From Longimicrobiales bacterium (GTDB lineage Bacteria; Gemmatimonadota; Gemmatimonadetes; Longimicrobiales; Gaopeijiaceae): a DNA stretch of 64,000 nucleotides. The translations under genes were made by a program, and so were the position numbers. The notes below the pieces were generated by a model. The model did no database searches. It had not been told where the DNA came from and saw only the letters and a program-made list of their open reading frames with translations. Positions 18,382 to 29,196 of the stretch are shown in pieces (within the stretch, counting starts at the first letter, position 1; the number at the start of each line of letters is the position of its first letter). Where the stretch lies: positions 63,984 through 127,983 of the forward strand of contig CBDAON010000003.1 of the NCBI GenBank assembly GCA_965198065.1, given 5' to 3'.

Positions 18382-20337
18382 TCAGAAGCTCCGCCAGTCC
18401 TCCGTGAGGATCCGCTCGTAGACCCCTGACTCGACCAGTAGCTGGACGATGTCGGCGTCCAGCTGCCCACCCTTCGACTCCATCTCGAGAATCGAGATCG
18501 CCCGCTCCGACGTGAGCGCCTTCTTGTACGGACGGTCGGAGGCGGTGAGCGCGTCGAAGATGTCGGACACCGTCATCATGCGCGTCTGGATCGGGATCTC
18601 TGGGTCCGTCTTTCCCATGGGATACCCCGTCCCGTCCAGCTTCTCGTGGTGGCCGTGGGCGATGTCGGCCACCCGGGAGAGGTTCTCCGTCCAAGGGATC
18701 TGACGGAGGAACTGATAGGTCAGCGAGACGTGCGATTCGATCTGCTTCCGCTCGTCGGGGTCCAGGCTCCCCTTGGGTATCACGAGAAAGTGGAGCTCCT
18801 CCGGAGTCACATAGGGAACGAGCGTTCCGGAGAAGTTGGGGAACTGCATCGAAGCGATCTCCTTCAGGACGCCACTGGCATCTTCGGGAAGCACGTGGGG
18901 CTCGTTCGCCTCCCCAACCGCCTGCTGGTAGTGGTCCACGCGCGCGAGCTCCTCGTGGAACTTCTGCTTCAAGTGCTCCACCAGCCTCTTCGCTCCCTCC
19001 GGTCCGTGGGTCGTGACGAGGACGGCGCGCCGCTCCTGGTACCCCGCCTCGAGCGTCCGGCGGATCAAATCGAAGCGGGCCTCGATGCGCGCGAGCATCA
19101 CCGGCGGGAGCTTCTTCGCCTTGACGAGCACCTGTTCGCGGACTCCGACCTTCCCGAAATCGTGCAGGAGCCCGGCGTACCGAAGCTCCTTCATCTGCTC
19201 CCGCGTGAAGCGCACGCTGCTGAACACCCCGCCGCCGGCTCGATCGGCCGCTTCCGCGACGTCACAGGTCAGCGTCGCGACACGCACGGAATGGCCCGAC
19301 GTCGTCGGGTCCCGCTGATCGATGGCCGTGACCGCGGCCTTGATGAAGCCCTCGAACAGGTTCTCGATGTCCCGGTAGAGCTGACCGTTCTCGATCGAGA
19401 CCGCCGCCTGGCCCGCCAGCGACTGAACCAGCTCCACGTCGCTCTCGCCGAAGGCGACCACCGCCCGCCGCGCGTCCTCTTCCGTCCTCACGCTCGCGAC
19501 GGGATCGTGCTTCCGGTTGATTAGCTGGAGCACCCCTACCGTTCGATCCCGGTGGTCCTTCATGGGAACGACCAGCATGGACTTGGCCCGATACCCGAAG
19601 ACCTCGTCGAAGCTGCTCCGGTTGAACGTGTAGGGCACGTTGCCCGCGAGCTCATAGACGTCGTCGATGACGAGCGGCTCGCCCGTGCTCGCCGCGTATC
19701 CTGCGATGCTCTTCTCGTCGATCGGGAGGGTGAAGTCGGGCGCGGGCAGATCCGGGATGGAGTCGTTCTGAGCGAGCCGGAAGCGTAGCCGATCCATCTC
19801 CTCGCCACGGCCGGTCTCCACCAGGTAGAGGCTTCCCGCGTCGCTCGTGGTGAGGCGGCGGGCCTGGGTGAGGATCAGGTCGAGAAGGCGGTCGGGGTCC
19901 CGCTCGCTCATGAGCGCAATCCCGACCCGATTCAACTCGCGGAGCTCGTCACGCGTCCGCGCGAGCATCTCGCGCGCGACCGCCGCGCCGTGGAGAACCG
20001 CCGCGTGTCCGAGGGCGGCTCGAAGGATGCGGGCGGTCGCCTTCTCCTCGACGATCCCGGCCAGTGACGAGAAGTGTTTCCCGGCCGCTTCGGCCGCCCC
20101 GGCCGCCCGATCGTCCAGACTCACGATCGCCACACCCTCCGGGACAGCGGCGAGCGCCTCACTATCGACGCCCAGCACCTCGTCCAGGAGAAGGACACCG
20201 GGCAGGTCCCGCTCCTTGATCTCATGCACGGCCGAGATCTCCCGGATCCCCACACGATCTCCGAGCGCGCGCGCCGCCGCCGGGACGCGACCGGCCGTCA
20301 CAAACAGGGTCGCGAGCGGCGAATCGGGCGCGGTCAT
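18382..20337 (-). CDS. GAF plus HD-GYP cyclic di-nucleotide phosphodiesterase
   Basis: GAF (DAGSLYL, SMLVVPM, GVLQLIN); HSVRVA, LHDFGK, HHEKLDGTGYP, DIFDALTASDRPYK; start approximate. Confidence 0.92.
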   Translation of the reverse strand: MTAPDSPLATLFVTAGRVPAAARALGDRVGIREISAVHEIKERDLPGVLLLDEVLGVDSEALAAVPEGVAIVSLDDRAAGAAEAAGKHFSSLAGIVEEKATARILRAALGHAAVLHGAAVAREMLARTRDELRELNRVGIALMSERDPDRLLDLILTQARRLTTSDAGSLYLVETGRGEEMDRLRFRLAQNDSIPDLPAPDFTLPIDEKSIAGYAASTGEPLVIDDVYELAGNVPYTFNRSSFDEVFGYRAKSMLVVPMKDHRDRTVGVLQLINRKHDPVASVRTEEDARRAVVAFGESDVELVQSLAGQAAVSIENGQLYRDIENLFEGFIKAAVTAIDQRDPTTSGHSVRVATLTCDVAEAADRAGGGVFSSVRFTREQMKELRYAGLLHDFGKVGVREQVLVKAKKLPPVMLARIEARFDLIRRTLEAGYQERRAVLVTTHGPEGAKRLVEHLKQKFHEELARVDHYQQAVGEANEPHVLPEDASGVLKEIASMQFPNFSGTLVPYVTPEELHFLVIPKGSLDPDERKQIESHVSLTYQFLRQIPWTENLSRVADIAHGHHEKLDGTGYPMGKTDPEIPIQTRMMTVSDIFDALTASDRPYKKALTSERAISILEMESKGGQLDADIVQLLVESGVYERILTEDWRSF

Positions 20338-20347
20338 GGGAACAGCG

Positions 20348-21274
20348 TCACTCGGCATGGAGTCCGACGTCCACCCCCTCTCGGGCCGCCTCCACGCCGG
20401 GGCCACCCTCCCGCTCCGATCGTTCCGCAAACTGTTCGACTACGCGGGCGAGCTCGGCGTCGGTCCGTTCGGGCGCGTGATGAAAGAACAGTAGGCGCTT
20501 CGCTCCGCATTCCGCTGCGAGCTCGTACGCCTGATCGAAGGTGGAGTGACCCCACCCGTCGCGCGCCGCGTACTCCTCCTCCGTATACATGGCGTCGTGA
20601 ACCAGCACATCCGTGTCCCGGAGAAAGGCGTCCAGGTCCTTGCGCCAGGCGTCCCGTCCGACGGGATACGTCCCCCCCTCGAGCTCGTTGTCCGGCAGGT
20701 AACAGATAGACCGACCCGCCACCCGTATGCGGTACCCGACGGTGAAGGACGCATGGCGCATGCGGAACGGGGTCACCTCGAATCCATGGTCCTCCCAGGT
20801 ACCCTCATTCAGGTGGGTGAACGAGGTCCCCGCCGCCACGGCCGAGAACGGGATCGGGAAATAGACCGGTCCCATCTGCCCGGCAAACAGGGTGCGGATG
20901 TCGATCTCCTCCTGCTCCGGACCCACGATCGACAGCCGGGCGCGCGGGTCGTAGAGGGGGGCGAAAAAGGGGAAGCCCTGAATGTGATCCCAGTGGAAGT
21001 GCGTGAGGAACATCTGGGTCATCCCCGGCGCCTCCGCTCCCCGCATCACCTCGCCCAGAAGCCGCAGGCCCGTTCCCGCGTCAAAGATGAGCCGCCGGCC
21101 GTCCGCTCGGAGCTCTATGCACGGCGTGTTCCCGCCGAACTGACTCGTGCCCGGACCCGGGGCCGGAATGGACCCCCGGACGCCCCAGCACCGGAGGGTC
21201 ACAGACGGGGCGACATCGGCTTCCCTGCTTGACTCCACGGCAATCCTCCGGGGGGGGAGGGCCACACATGGCAC
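20348..21274 (-). CDS. MBL-fold metallohydrolase (RNase Z/cyclic-nucleotide PDE-like)
   Basis: WGVRGSIP, GGNTPC, DAGTG, THFHWDHIQG, GWGHS, FHHAP. Confidence 0.9.
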   Translation of the reverse strand: MPCVALPPRRIAVESSREADVAPSVTLRCWGVRGSIPAPGPGTSQFGGNTPCIELRADGRRLIFDAGTGLRLLGEVMRGAEAPGMTQMFLTHFHWDHIQGFPFFAPLYDPRARLSIVGPEQEEIDIRTLFAGQMGPVYFPIPFSAVAAGTSFTHLNEGTWEDHGFEVTPFRMRHASFTVGYRIRVAGRSICYLPDNELEGGTYPVGRDAWRKDLDAFLRDTDVLVHDAMYTEEEYAARDGWGHSTFDQAYELAAECGAKRLLFFHHAPERTDAELARVVEQFAERSEREGGPGVEAAREGVDVGLHAE

Positions 21275-21401
21275 GGTACGGTCGAGGCCCGCCGAATGTA
21301 CGGATTCGCGTGACGAGGGTCGAGAGGGGCCGCGGCTTTCCCGCCCCGACGGCTCGCCCGTACATTAGCTCCCCGCACGCAAGGCACCCGGGAGGGCCTG
21401 G

Positions 21402-21698
21402 ATGGCGACCGTAGACGAGATCATCCCACTGCTCAGGAAGGTCAGTCTCTTCGAGGGACTTCCCCGGGAGGACCTGGAGCGGCTCGCGGGCATCGGGGAA
21501 GAGCGGGTGCTCCCCGCGGGCGAGACGCTGTTCGAGGAGGGGGAGGAGGGAGACGCCTTTTTCGCCGTCGTCTCGGGAGCGGTCGAGATCCTCCGGCGCC
21601 GCGCCGCCGACGTGGTCTCGGCTCTTCACGGGGCTCTGGCACGCGCGCATCCCGTTGGAACCGAGATCACCGTCCTGATGGTTAGGCGTACCCAATGA
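21402..21698 (+). pseudogene. cNMP-binding domain N-half joined to a PP2C/SpoIIE-like C-terminal tail (probable internal deletion)
   Basis: LFEGL..LFEEGEEGDAFFAVVSGAVEI followed directly by AADVVSALH..EITVLMVRR. Confidence 0.6.
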
Positions 21699-21717
21699 CG
21701 AGACGCCGGAGCGGAAC

Positions 21718-22017
21718 ATGACCGTAACCGAAAAGAGCGTTCTGGACGCCCTGAAGACCGTTAAGGACCCGGAGCTGAACCTGAACCTCGTCGTGCTCGG
21801 CCTGGTCTACGACGTAGCGGTGGACGGCAGCCACGTGAACGCCAGGATCTCCCTCACTACACCCATGTGCCCAGTGGCCGAGGAGATCGTGCACATGGCG
21901 GAGCGAGCGATCCTCGGAGTGGAGGGCGTGGAGAGCGCGGACGTCCAGCTCACCTTCGATCCACCGTGGACCCCGGAGAGGATCTCTCCCCTGATCCGCT
22001 CGTCCCTCGGGCTATGA
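21718..22017 (+). CDS. DUF59/SufT (PaaD-like) Fe-S cluster assembly protein
   Basis: VKDPELNLNLVVLGLVY, LTTPMCP, TFDPPWTPERIS. Confidence 0.92.
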   Translation: MTVTEKSVLDALKTVKDPELNLNLVVLGLVYDVAVDGSHVNARISLTTPMCPVAEEIVHMAERAILGVEGVESADVQLTFDPPWTPERISPLIRSSLGL

Positions 22018-22594
22018 TTGGAGGTCGACGCCGTCCAGGAAGTCCCTCAGCGGGCTCGCCATCTCGACGGCTCGCGCGGTGAGCAGGCGCCCGACGGCGG
22101 CGGGCCGCTGCCTGCGCCCCTGGACGAGGTGGTCCAGCAGGGTTTTCCCCACGCTCTCGTCCGAGCTCTCGGCGGCCGGGTAGTAGGACGCGTAACGCGC
22201 CCCGACCCTCTGCTCGAACAGGGGGATGCGCGTCAGCTCGGTCCCGTTCGCCACCATGTCCTCGAATACGGCCCGGTGAAGGTGGTCCAGGACCTCGCGG
22301 AGCGTGCTCTCGGGGACGCGCTGGAAGAACGAGAGTTGCAGCGCGCGGGAGTGGACCCACATGTGGAAGATGAGAAGCTCCTCGGCGGCGGTCTCCGGGG
22401 GGAGCCCATCCTCCACCGGAATTCGTAGCCGGGAGAACATCTCCAGCGTTTCGGGGTCCGGTGAGGTAGTCCGAGAAGCTCTCCCAGACCAGCCGGGCGA
22501 GGTGCTCGCCCAACTGGCGAGCAGACCTGCGACCGGAAGGAAACGGGTCCTTCATCTCGGCGCGAACGCCGTCCAGGTCCAGGAAGCGGCTCAT
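22012..22594 (-). CDS. hypothetical protein, split by an apparent 1-bp insertion near 22460
   Basis: MSRFLD..WESFSDYLT joins DPETLEMFSRL.. if one base is removed. Confidence 0.6.
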
Positions 22595-22695
22595 TCGGCC
22601 TCGTCCGGGGAACTTCCGCTGGAACTCGGGACCTTATTACTTCATTACTTCACTGAAGCCCGCGGGGATCAAGAGCGAGCACGGAGGAACTGCGA

Positions 22696-23439
22696 ATGTC
22701 GGTGCGTGTGCAGGCTATCGTTGCGGGAGCACTCTTCGCCTCGGGGCTGACGGGGTGCGCGGCCCCGCTCCCGCCTCCTCAGACGCGCTCCGTCATCGTC
22801 TATACCGGAGAGCGCATCTTACCGTCCTCGGAGCGCATGGCCGAGGTCGAGGCGTGGCTCCAACCGGTCGTTGAGGACATAGACCTCAACCCCACCTTCC
22901 TGATTCGCGTGATCCAGGAGGATGTGACCCGGTACCCGTGGGACGCGCTGGACCTCGTGGCCGACACCGCAGACGTACGCGTGGCCGACGCGGCCCTGGA
23001 CGGCGAGACGCCCTACATGATCTACGCTTTTCTGCGACTCATGCAGGAACGCGACGCCGTCGACGAATGGATCCCCGAGGCGGAGGGCCTCGAGGGGTTC
23101 CAGGTCGAGGAGGCGATCGTGTCCCGTATCGCCGACGTGTGGCTCCTCGGGCGCTCCGTCTTCGACACGCAGCCGTTCGGCCCGATGGACGAGTTGCTCT
23201 ACGCGAAGGAGTTCGGGTACTTGACGGACTTCCTCCTTGCCACTCAGGGCGATCGCTTCACCGAGGCGGCGGATCAGTACCGCGAGGCGAATCCGGACAA
23301 GGCTGTCGAGTTCAGGGACTGGTTCCTCAGAACGTTCGAGCGCGACGGGCCCGGATACCTTCGGCCCGCGGAGGCCGATTCGACCACGGCCGCGCTCGCG
23401 CGGCCGGCGCGTCGCGGTGGGTCACGAGCTGGACTCTAG
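22696..23439 (+). CDS. hypothetical lipoprotein
   Basis: GGAGG RBS, lipobox LTGC, host-like codon usage. Confidence 0.75.
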   Translation: MSVRVQAIVAGALFASGLTGCAAPLPPPQTRSVIVYTGERILPSSERMAEVEAWLQPVVEDIDLNPTFLIRVIQEDVTRYPWDALDLVADTADVRVADAALDGETPYMIYAFLRLMQERDAVDEWIPEAEGLEGFQVEEAIVSRIADVWLLGRSVFDTQPFGPMDELLYAKEFGYLTDFLLATQGDRFTEAADQYREANPDKAVEFRDWFLRTFERDGPGYLRPAEADSTTAALARPARRGGSRAGL

Positions 23440-23478
23440 CAGGTCGCTGAAAGAGGGGGGCGCGGGCGCGCCGGAGAG

Positions 23479-23799
23479 TCACGTCGCGGGGATTCGGATC
23501 TCCCATCGGAGGCCGACCGGTACCCCGTCCGCCGCGGGCTTCACCAGGAGGTCCATACGTCGGGTCACGCGAACGCGTGAATCCGACGGCTTGCCACCGA
23601 AGACCGGGAACCCCACGACGCGCACGGCGCTCTCGACGCCCCTGGGCGAGACGGCCCTAAGAACCGATCCCTTCAGGGTGCGGATGGGCGGCGGCTCCCC
23701 CGCGGTCACGCGGACTCGCAGGATGCGGCCACCGTGGGGGTGGTCCAAGGCATCCACGACGAGGAGCGTCGTCTCGCTGGCCTCCTCCACGTTCGCCAT
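23479..23799 (-). CDS. small hypothetical beta-rich protein
   Basis: GGGAG RBS, MANVEEASETTLLVVDALDHPHGGRILR. Confidence 0.6.
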   Translation of the reverse strand: MANVEEASETTLLVVDALDHPHGGRILRVRVTAGEPPPIRTLKGSVLRAVSPRGVESAVRVVGFPVFGGKPSDSRVRVTRRMDLLVKPAADGVPVGLRWEIRIPAT

Positions 23800-23902
23800 G
23801 AAGCTCCCTGTTTTCTGGTGCTGGAGCACACCCGCCCTGAGCCACCCGGACCGACGCCGGCCCGTCCCGGCCGGCGGAGAACCTTAAGGGGCCGCCGTCG
23901 AG

Positions 23903-24760
23903 ATGGTCAACGGCATCGACCGGGAAGGGGGCTCGACCGACCGAGAGCGGCTGGAGACCACCCCCGACACGGATCCGCTCGGCCTCGCGAGCAAAGCGAA
24001 CCGGAGGCTCAGGGTCGCGATCGTCGCGACGGTCGGTGCCATCGTGCTCCTCTCCGTCACGACCTCCCTTTCGTTCTGGGACGTCATCGGGATTCCCGTG
24101 TTTTATCTCCTTCTCCCGGGGCTGGCCCTCGCCCAGCTCCCCCTCCTCCGGGTGACCCGCATCGAGCGGATCCCGATCTATGTGGGCTCAGCCGTCACCA
24201 TCCTTGCGATAGGCGGCCTCGCCCTCTGGCTCGTCGTCCGGCTCGAGGGGGGCCGACCTGCCTTCCTGGATCCGATCCCCGGTCGGGACCTACTGATGTG
24301 GAGCGCGCTTCTCACGGCTGTGGGGGTGGCCACTCTCGGATCGCTGACCCTGCTCGATCGACGGGTCATGGGAGGCGAGCCGAGCACGCTCTTGGAGCTG
24401 ATCCCACGGGACCGCCGGGAGCGGCTCGTGTTCGCGGGACTGTCGCTCTGCGCCGGGGTTGGCGAAGAGCTGGCCTATCGAGGCTACGCGCTGTCGGCAG
24501 TCCAGCTCGTAGGGGTCGGCCCCTGGGCGGCCGCGGGGATCTCGGCTGCGGCCTTCGGGCTCCTCCACTGCTACCAGGGGTGGCTCGGGACCGCGCGCAC
24601 CGCCGTCACCGGCTTTCTGCTCGCTCTCCCCCTGCTGGTGGCGGGGACGATCCTTCCTGCGATCCTGGCTCACGTCCTCGTCGATCTCGCGGGAGGGCTC
24701 GTGATCGGCCCCCGGCTGATCCGGTCCCCCGCCCTTGTTCCGGCCGAGGAGAGGGAATAG
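23903..24760 (+). CDS. CPBP/CAAX (Abi) intramembrane metalloprotease
   Basis: EELAYRG, FGLLHCYQG, ILAHVLVD; multiple TM segments. Confidence 0.88.
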   Translation: MVNGIDREGGSTDRERLETTPDTDPLGLASKANRRLRVAIVATVGAIVLLSVTTSLSFWDVIGIPVFYLLLPGLALAQLPLLRVTRIERIPIYVGSAVTILAIGGLALWLVVRLEGGRPAFLDPIPGRDLLMWSALLTAVGVATLGSLTLLDRRVMGGEPSTLLELIPRDRRERLVFAGLSLCAGVGEELAYRGYALSAVQLVGVGPWAAAGISAAAFGLLHCYQGWLGTARTAVTGFLLALPLLVAGTILPAILAHVLVDLAGGLVIGPRLIRSPALVPAEERE

Positions 24761-24769
24761 CGTCCCAAG

Positions 24770-25252
24770 ATGGAGCTCGACTTCGGCCTCCTCGCCGACG
24801 CAGCGACCGTGGACACGTCCGGAAAGCTCAGCGTGCTCGGGATCTTCGACCGGATCCAGGCCCGAGAGTTTCCGGCCCGGCACGGTCGCATCTCGCTCGT
24901 CCTCCGCTTTTCGGCGGCCGTGGGAGAAGTCGGGAGCCACCAAGTGGAGATCCGGCTTCGGGGACCAAGCGGTCAGGAGATCCTGAGGCTGGACGGGCGC
25001 ATGGATCTCGGAGCCGGCGCGCGCGCGGCGTCAGAGGGAATCAAGGTTCCTCACGTGCTGAACCTGGACGGAATCGCCTTCCCGGAACCCGGAATGTATG
25101 CGTTCGACATCAGCTCGGACGGGGAGAGCGTCATGTCGATCCCCCTCCGTCTCGAGGCCGTCGCGGGGATGAGCTCGCCCGGGCCGCGGACCGTGCTTCC
25201 GGGCCATCCTTCCGCGTTCGTCCCGGGCCGCGGAGGAATTGCCGAGGCGTGA
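24770..25252 (+). CDS. hypothetical protein (DUF6941-like)
   Basis: LLADAATVDTSGKLSVLGIFDRI...FPEPGMYAF. Confidence 0.7.
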   Translation: MELDFGLLADAATVDTSGKLSVLGIFDRIQAREFPARHGRISLVLRFSAAVGEVGSHQVEIRLRGPSGQEILRLDGRMDLGAGARAASEGIKVPHVLNLDGIAFPEPGMYAFDISSDGESVMSIPLRLEAVAGMSSPGPRTVLPGHPSAFVPGRGGIAEA

Positions 25253-25279
25253 CGCTCGGCTCGCCCGCCGGGCCTCGCC

Positions 25280-25308
25280 GAAACCTTTCCGGAACGGAAT
25301 AGGTATCT
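25280..25308 (+). promoter_or_regulatory. candidate ECF-sigma promoter GAAACC-N17-GTATCT
   Basis: AAC-containing -35 and GT-starting -10 upstream of the operon containing the ECF sigma gene. Confidence 0.35.
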
Positions 25309-25347
25309 TGTGAAAGGCGGGATGGCCCCCGAGCGCCCGAGGCCAGG

Positions 25348-25770
25348 ATGATCCTCACGTGTAACTTCGAGGAGGTGACGGCCCTCACCCATGGTGCTCG
25401 CGCCTTCTTGGGCGGGAGGGCCGAATCGAACTCACCCGTCGTCGCGCCCTGCGAGACCCGGGGCGCGGTGGAATCCCTGCTCTCCCAGCTTTCCGGAGAT
25501 CTCAGCGTTCGAACCCTGTTGGACCAGCGGCAGCTGTTCCTGGCGGTGGAGGCCGTCGTCGAGCTCCTCAGGGAAGAGATGGACTCCCGGGTCGTCGCCA
25601 CGCACGCCGCCTCCGAGGAGGCTGTGTCGGCGTACTTCGAATACGCGCACGCCCTGTCCGTCATGGGGCGGGTCCGCGAAATGGGCGAGGAGATGTCCGC
25701 CCTCGTGGAGCTCGTGACGGGCGCGCTCCCCGACGACGCCATGACCCGCACGTTCGTGTTCCCGGACTGA
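25348..25770 (+). CDS. hypothetical helical protein
   Basis: Intact ORF with host codon bias, directly upstream of the ECF sigma. Confidence 0.7.
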   Translation: MILTCNFEEVTALTHGARAFLGGRAESNSPVVAPCETRGAVESLLSQLSGDLSVRTLLDQRQLFLAVEAVVELLREEMDSRVVATHAASEEAVSAYFEYAHALSVMGRVREMGEEMSALVELVTGALPDDAMTRTFVFPD

Positions 25771-25791
25771 GTCGCCTCTTCCAACATCTCC

Positions 25792-26409
25792 GTGTCGGAA
25801 CGGGCCGAAAGGGACCGCACGTTCAGGGAGGAGGCACTCCCCGAGATGGACGCGGTCTACCGCTTCGCGCTGCGGCTCACTCGTGATCCCGATCGCGCCC
25901 AGGACCTCACGCAGGACACCTTCCTCCGCGCGTTCCAGAGCTGGGAGAGTTACGAGCTTGGAACTCGCGCCAGGAGTTGGCTGTTCACGATCTGCCGGAA
26001 CCTCTTCCTCAGAGGAGAGGAGCGTCGGCGCCGGCACCAGGAGATCCTCTCCGAGGTCGCCGACGAGGATCCGAGGCAATTGTCCCGCGAGGCCAGCGTC
26101 CTCATGGCCGTTGGCGACCGTGACCCCGAGGGCGCGTTCTGGGGGAACGTGGTGGACGACGAGATCCTCAAAGCCATCGAGGAGCTCCCTGCCCCGTTCC
26201 GGGAAGCGGTCGTGCTGTCGGATCTGGAAGATCTCTCCTATGACGAGATCGCGGGTGTCCTCGGTGTTCCGGTGGGGACGGTGAAGAGCCGTCTCTTTCG
26301 AGGACGGAGGATGCTCCAGCGGCGCCTCTACGAGTACGCGGTGTCCGAGGGCATCATTCCGGCCTCGGCCGCCATCTACACCAACCCCGACCCGGACACG
26401 GCGGAATGA
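25792..26409 (+). CDS. ECF sigma-70 factor (SigR/SigH-like)
   Basis: AQDLTQDTFLRA, SWLFTICRN, SYDEIAGVLGVPVGTVKSRLFRGR. Confidence 0.92.
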   Translation: MSERAERDRTFREEALPEMDAVYRFALRLTRDPDRAQDLTQDTFLRAFQSWESYELGTRARSWLFTICRNLFLRGEERRRRHQEILSEVADEDPRQLSREASVLMAVGDRDPEGAFWGNVVDDEILKAIEELPAPFREAVVLSDLEDLSYDEIAGVLGVPVGTVKSRLFRGRRMLQRRLYEYAVSEGIIPASAAIYTNPDPDTAE

Positions 26410-26608
26410 CCCGAGAGGCCGCGAGATGAGCTGGATGGACGGAGAGATAGACCCTCTCGAGCAGTTCCCTGTCGGCGAGCACCTCCTCCAGTGCGCGTGC
26501 TGTTATCCCCTGCTCCGGTTCGAGAGGGCGTTTCATGAGGCCCTCCCCCGGTTGCCGCAGGACTTCGAGCGGACCCCCTCCGCTCTTCATCCCAAGGAGC
26601 CTGGATGA
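26406..26608 (+). pseudogene. zinc-finger (ZAS) anti-sigma factor with a degenerate N-terminus
   Basis: WMDGE..EHLLQCACC contains HxxxCxxC; ATG 26406 overlapping the sigma stop is out of frame with it. Confidence 0.65.
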
Positions 26609-29163
26609 GCATTGCCCAGAACCGCGAACGGATCCTCTCCCGCCTGATCGAGGAGGAGATGACCGAGGCGTTCCTCGACTACTCGATGAGCGTGATCGTC
26701 CAGCGCGCGCTGCCCGACGTACGGGACGGGCTCAAGCCCGTTCACCGGAGGATCCTGTTCGCCATGCGCGAGCTCGGGCTCGCTCCGGACCGGCCGTACA
26801 AGAAGAGCGCCACCGTCGTGGGAGAGGTGCTGGGGAAATACCATCCCCACGGGGACGCGGCCGTCTACGACGCCCTCGTCCGCATGGTGCAGGACTTCTC
26901 GCTCCGATACCCGCTTGCCGACGGGCAGGGGAACTTCGGCTCGATCGACGGCGACTCCGCTGCCGCGTACCGGTACACTGAGGCCCGGCTCTCCGCGCCG
27001 TCCATGGAGCTCCTGGCCGACATCGAGAAGGAAACCGTCGACTGGTCACCGAACTTCGACGGCCGGCTCGAGGAGCCGTCCGTCCTCCCGGCCCGCCTCC
27101 CGAACCTGCTCGTGAACGGCTCGTCGGGGATCGCCGTCGGAATGTCGACGAACATCCCCCCGCACAACCTGCGCGAGGTGAGCGCCGCGCTCCGTCGGCT
27201 CATCAGCAAGCCGGGGTGTTCCGTGGCCGAGCTGATGCGGGACGTGCCCGGGCCCGACTTCCCCACCGGCGGCTTCGTCCTCGGCATAGAAGGGATTCGC
27301 GAGATGTACGAGACCGGGCGGGGCCGGATCGTGATGAGAGCGCGGATCGTTAGAGAATCCCTCCGAGGAGGGAAGGACCAGGTCGTCGTGACCGAGCTTC
27401 CCTACGGGGTCTCGAAGGCGAGGGTGATCGAGCAAGTGGTCGAGTTCTCTCGTAAGGGAAAGCTCGACGACGTGCAGGACGTGAGGGACGAGTCGGATCG
27501 CGACGGAATGCGGCTCGTCCTCCAGCTCAAGCGGGGCACAAGCGCGGCCGAGGCTCTCGCGGTCCTGTACCGGAGGACAAGCCTCCAGACGACCTTCGGC
27601 GCCATCCTGCTCGCTCTGGACGCGGGTGAGCCGCGAGAGCTCAACCTGAAGGAGCTCCTCGAGAGATACCGTGACCATCGGGTGGAGGTCGTCGTCCGAC
27701 GATCCCGGCACGACCTGGAGTGGGCCGAGACCGAGCGGCAAGTGCTGGACGGGCTCCTCGTTGCGCTGGATCACATCGACGAGGTCGTCTCCCTCATACG
27801 GAAGTCCCGCGCGCGCGACGCGGCCTCCGAGCGGTTACAGAAGCGCTTCGGGCTGTCCCAGGTGCAGGCCGAAGCGATCCTGGACCTGAGGCTCGCAAAG
27901 CTCACGTCGCTCGAGCGGGAGGGGCTCCGGCGGCGGCGGAAGAAGCTGGACACCATCATCCGTGACCTCCGCAAGGTTCTGGAGAGCCCGGACGAGCAGC
28001 TCCGCGTCGTTTGCGAGGAGCTGGACGAGGTGGATCAGGCGTTCGGAGACGCCCGCCGCACTACGATCCTCGAGTCCGCCGAGGACGGCGACTCACCGGT
28101 CGAGAGCACGCTGGCGGACGAGGACGTCGTGATCACGGTCAGCCGCGAAGGATTCCTGAAGCGGATCCCGGTCCACCTGTATCGGCGCCGCGTGACCTCG
28201 GGACGGCCGCTGGCCGGAATGGAAAACTACGAGAACGATTGGCTCGAGTGGGTCTTTACGGCCCGGACGGGGGGATGGCTCCTCGCCTTCACGGCGGGGG
28301 GGAGGGCCCACTTCCTCTCCGTTCTCGATGTTCCCGAGTCGGCTCGGGCGTCGCGAGGACAGTCCATCTACGCGCTGGTCGGTGCGGAGCGCGACGACCG
28401 GATCGTGGCACTCGTCCCTGTGGAAGAGCTGGACGCGGTAGGAAAGATTCTCCTCTTCGCCACCCGCAAGGGCACTGTAAAGCGTTGTCTACTGTCCGAG
28501 TTCGCAAATCCGCGAGCGGGCGGCGTCATCGCCTCCGGTGTGAGGGAAGGAGACTCGATCGTTGAGGTGGTGATCTCGGACGAGCGTGCCGAGGTGCTCC
28601 TGTTCTCGAAGGCGGGCCGCGCCATCCGATTCGCGGAGCGTGACGTCCCCGTCATGGGCCGCACGGCGCAGGGGGTGAAGGGGATCAACCTCCGAGAGGA
28701 TGACGAGGTCGTGGGCGTGGTTCTCGTGCGGCGGGACGCTGCAGTTCTCACGATGAGCGAGACCGGATGGGGAAAGCGAACGCCTCTCGGGGAGTTCCCC
28801 CTCCAGAAGCGGGGAGGCCTGGGCACGCTGGTCGTCACCGCCGGAGCTGAGGTGGACCCAGTGGTCGGGGCCCTGGAGGTCGTGCCCACCGACGAGGTCA
28901 CGATCGTGACGGCAGCCGGGGCCGCAAGCCGCACCTCCGCGTCGAAGCTCCCGGAGCAAGGCCGCCGCTCGCGGGGCGTCCAGGTCCCGTCCCTGGCCGA
29001 GGGAGACCGCATCGTCGAGGTCGCAAGGAGCATCGGGGAAGAGCGCGGCGCCGAGTTCACCGGCGCTACCGACGGGACGGACCTCGACGGCAGGGAACCG
29101 GAAGCCGACGGCGACATAGCGGAAGGGAGCGCCGACCCCGTCGGTCAGAACGAGCTCTTCTGA
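26605..29163 (+). CDS. parC: type IIA topoisomerase subunit A, ParC-like (no GyrA box)
   Basis: [28 protein letters not shown] catalytic Tyr, beta-pinwheel CTD; GyrA-box position reads RRRVTSGRP. Confidence 0.85.
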   Translation: MSIAQNRERILSRLIEEEMTEAFLDYSMSVIVQRALPDVRDGLKPVHRRILFAMRELGLAPDRPYKKSATVVGEVLGKYHPHGDAAVYDALVRMVQDFSLRYPLADGQGNFGSIDGDSAAAYRYTEARLSAPSMELLADIEKETVDWSPNFDGRLEEPSVLPARLPNLLVNGSSGIAVGMSTNIPPHNLREVSAALRRLISKPGCSVAELMRDVPGPDFPTGGFVLGIEGIREMYETGRGRIVMRARIVRESLRGGKDQVVVTELPYGVSKARVIEQVVEFSRKGKLDDVQDVRDESDRDGMRLVLQLKRGTSAAEALAVLYRRTSLQTTFGAILLALDAGEPRELNLKELLERYRDHRVEVVVRRSRHDLEWAETERQVLDGLLVALDHIDEVVSLIRKSRARDAASERLQKRFGLSQVQAEAILDLRLAKLTSLEREGLRRRRKKLDTIIRDLRKVLESPDEQLRVVCEELDEVDQAFGDARRTTILESAEDGDSPVESTLADEDVVITVSREGFLKRIPVHLYRRRVTSGRPLAGMENYENDWLEWVFTARTGGWLLAFTAGGRAHFLSVLDVPESARASRGQSIYALVGAERDDRIVALVPVEELDAVGKILLFATRKGTVKRCLLSEFANPRAGGVIASGVREGDSIVEVVISDERAEVLLFSKAGRAIRFAERDVPVMGRTAQGVKGINLREDDEVVGVVLVRRDAAVLTMSETGWGKRTPLGEFPLQKRGGLGTLVVTAGAEVDPVVGALEVVPTDEVTIVTAAGAASRTSASKLPEQGRRSRGVQVPSLAEGDRIVEVARSIGEERGAEFTGATDGTDLDGREPEADGDIAEGSADPVGQNELF

Positions 29164-29196
29164 GCTCCCCCGGGCGCCGGCCTACCGGCCCCCCGC

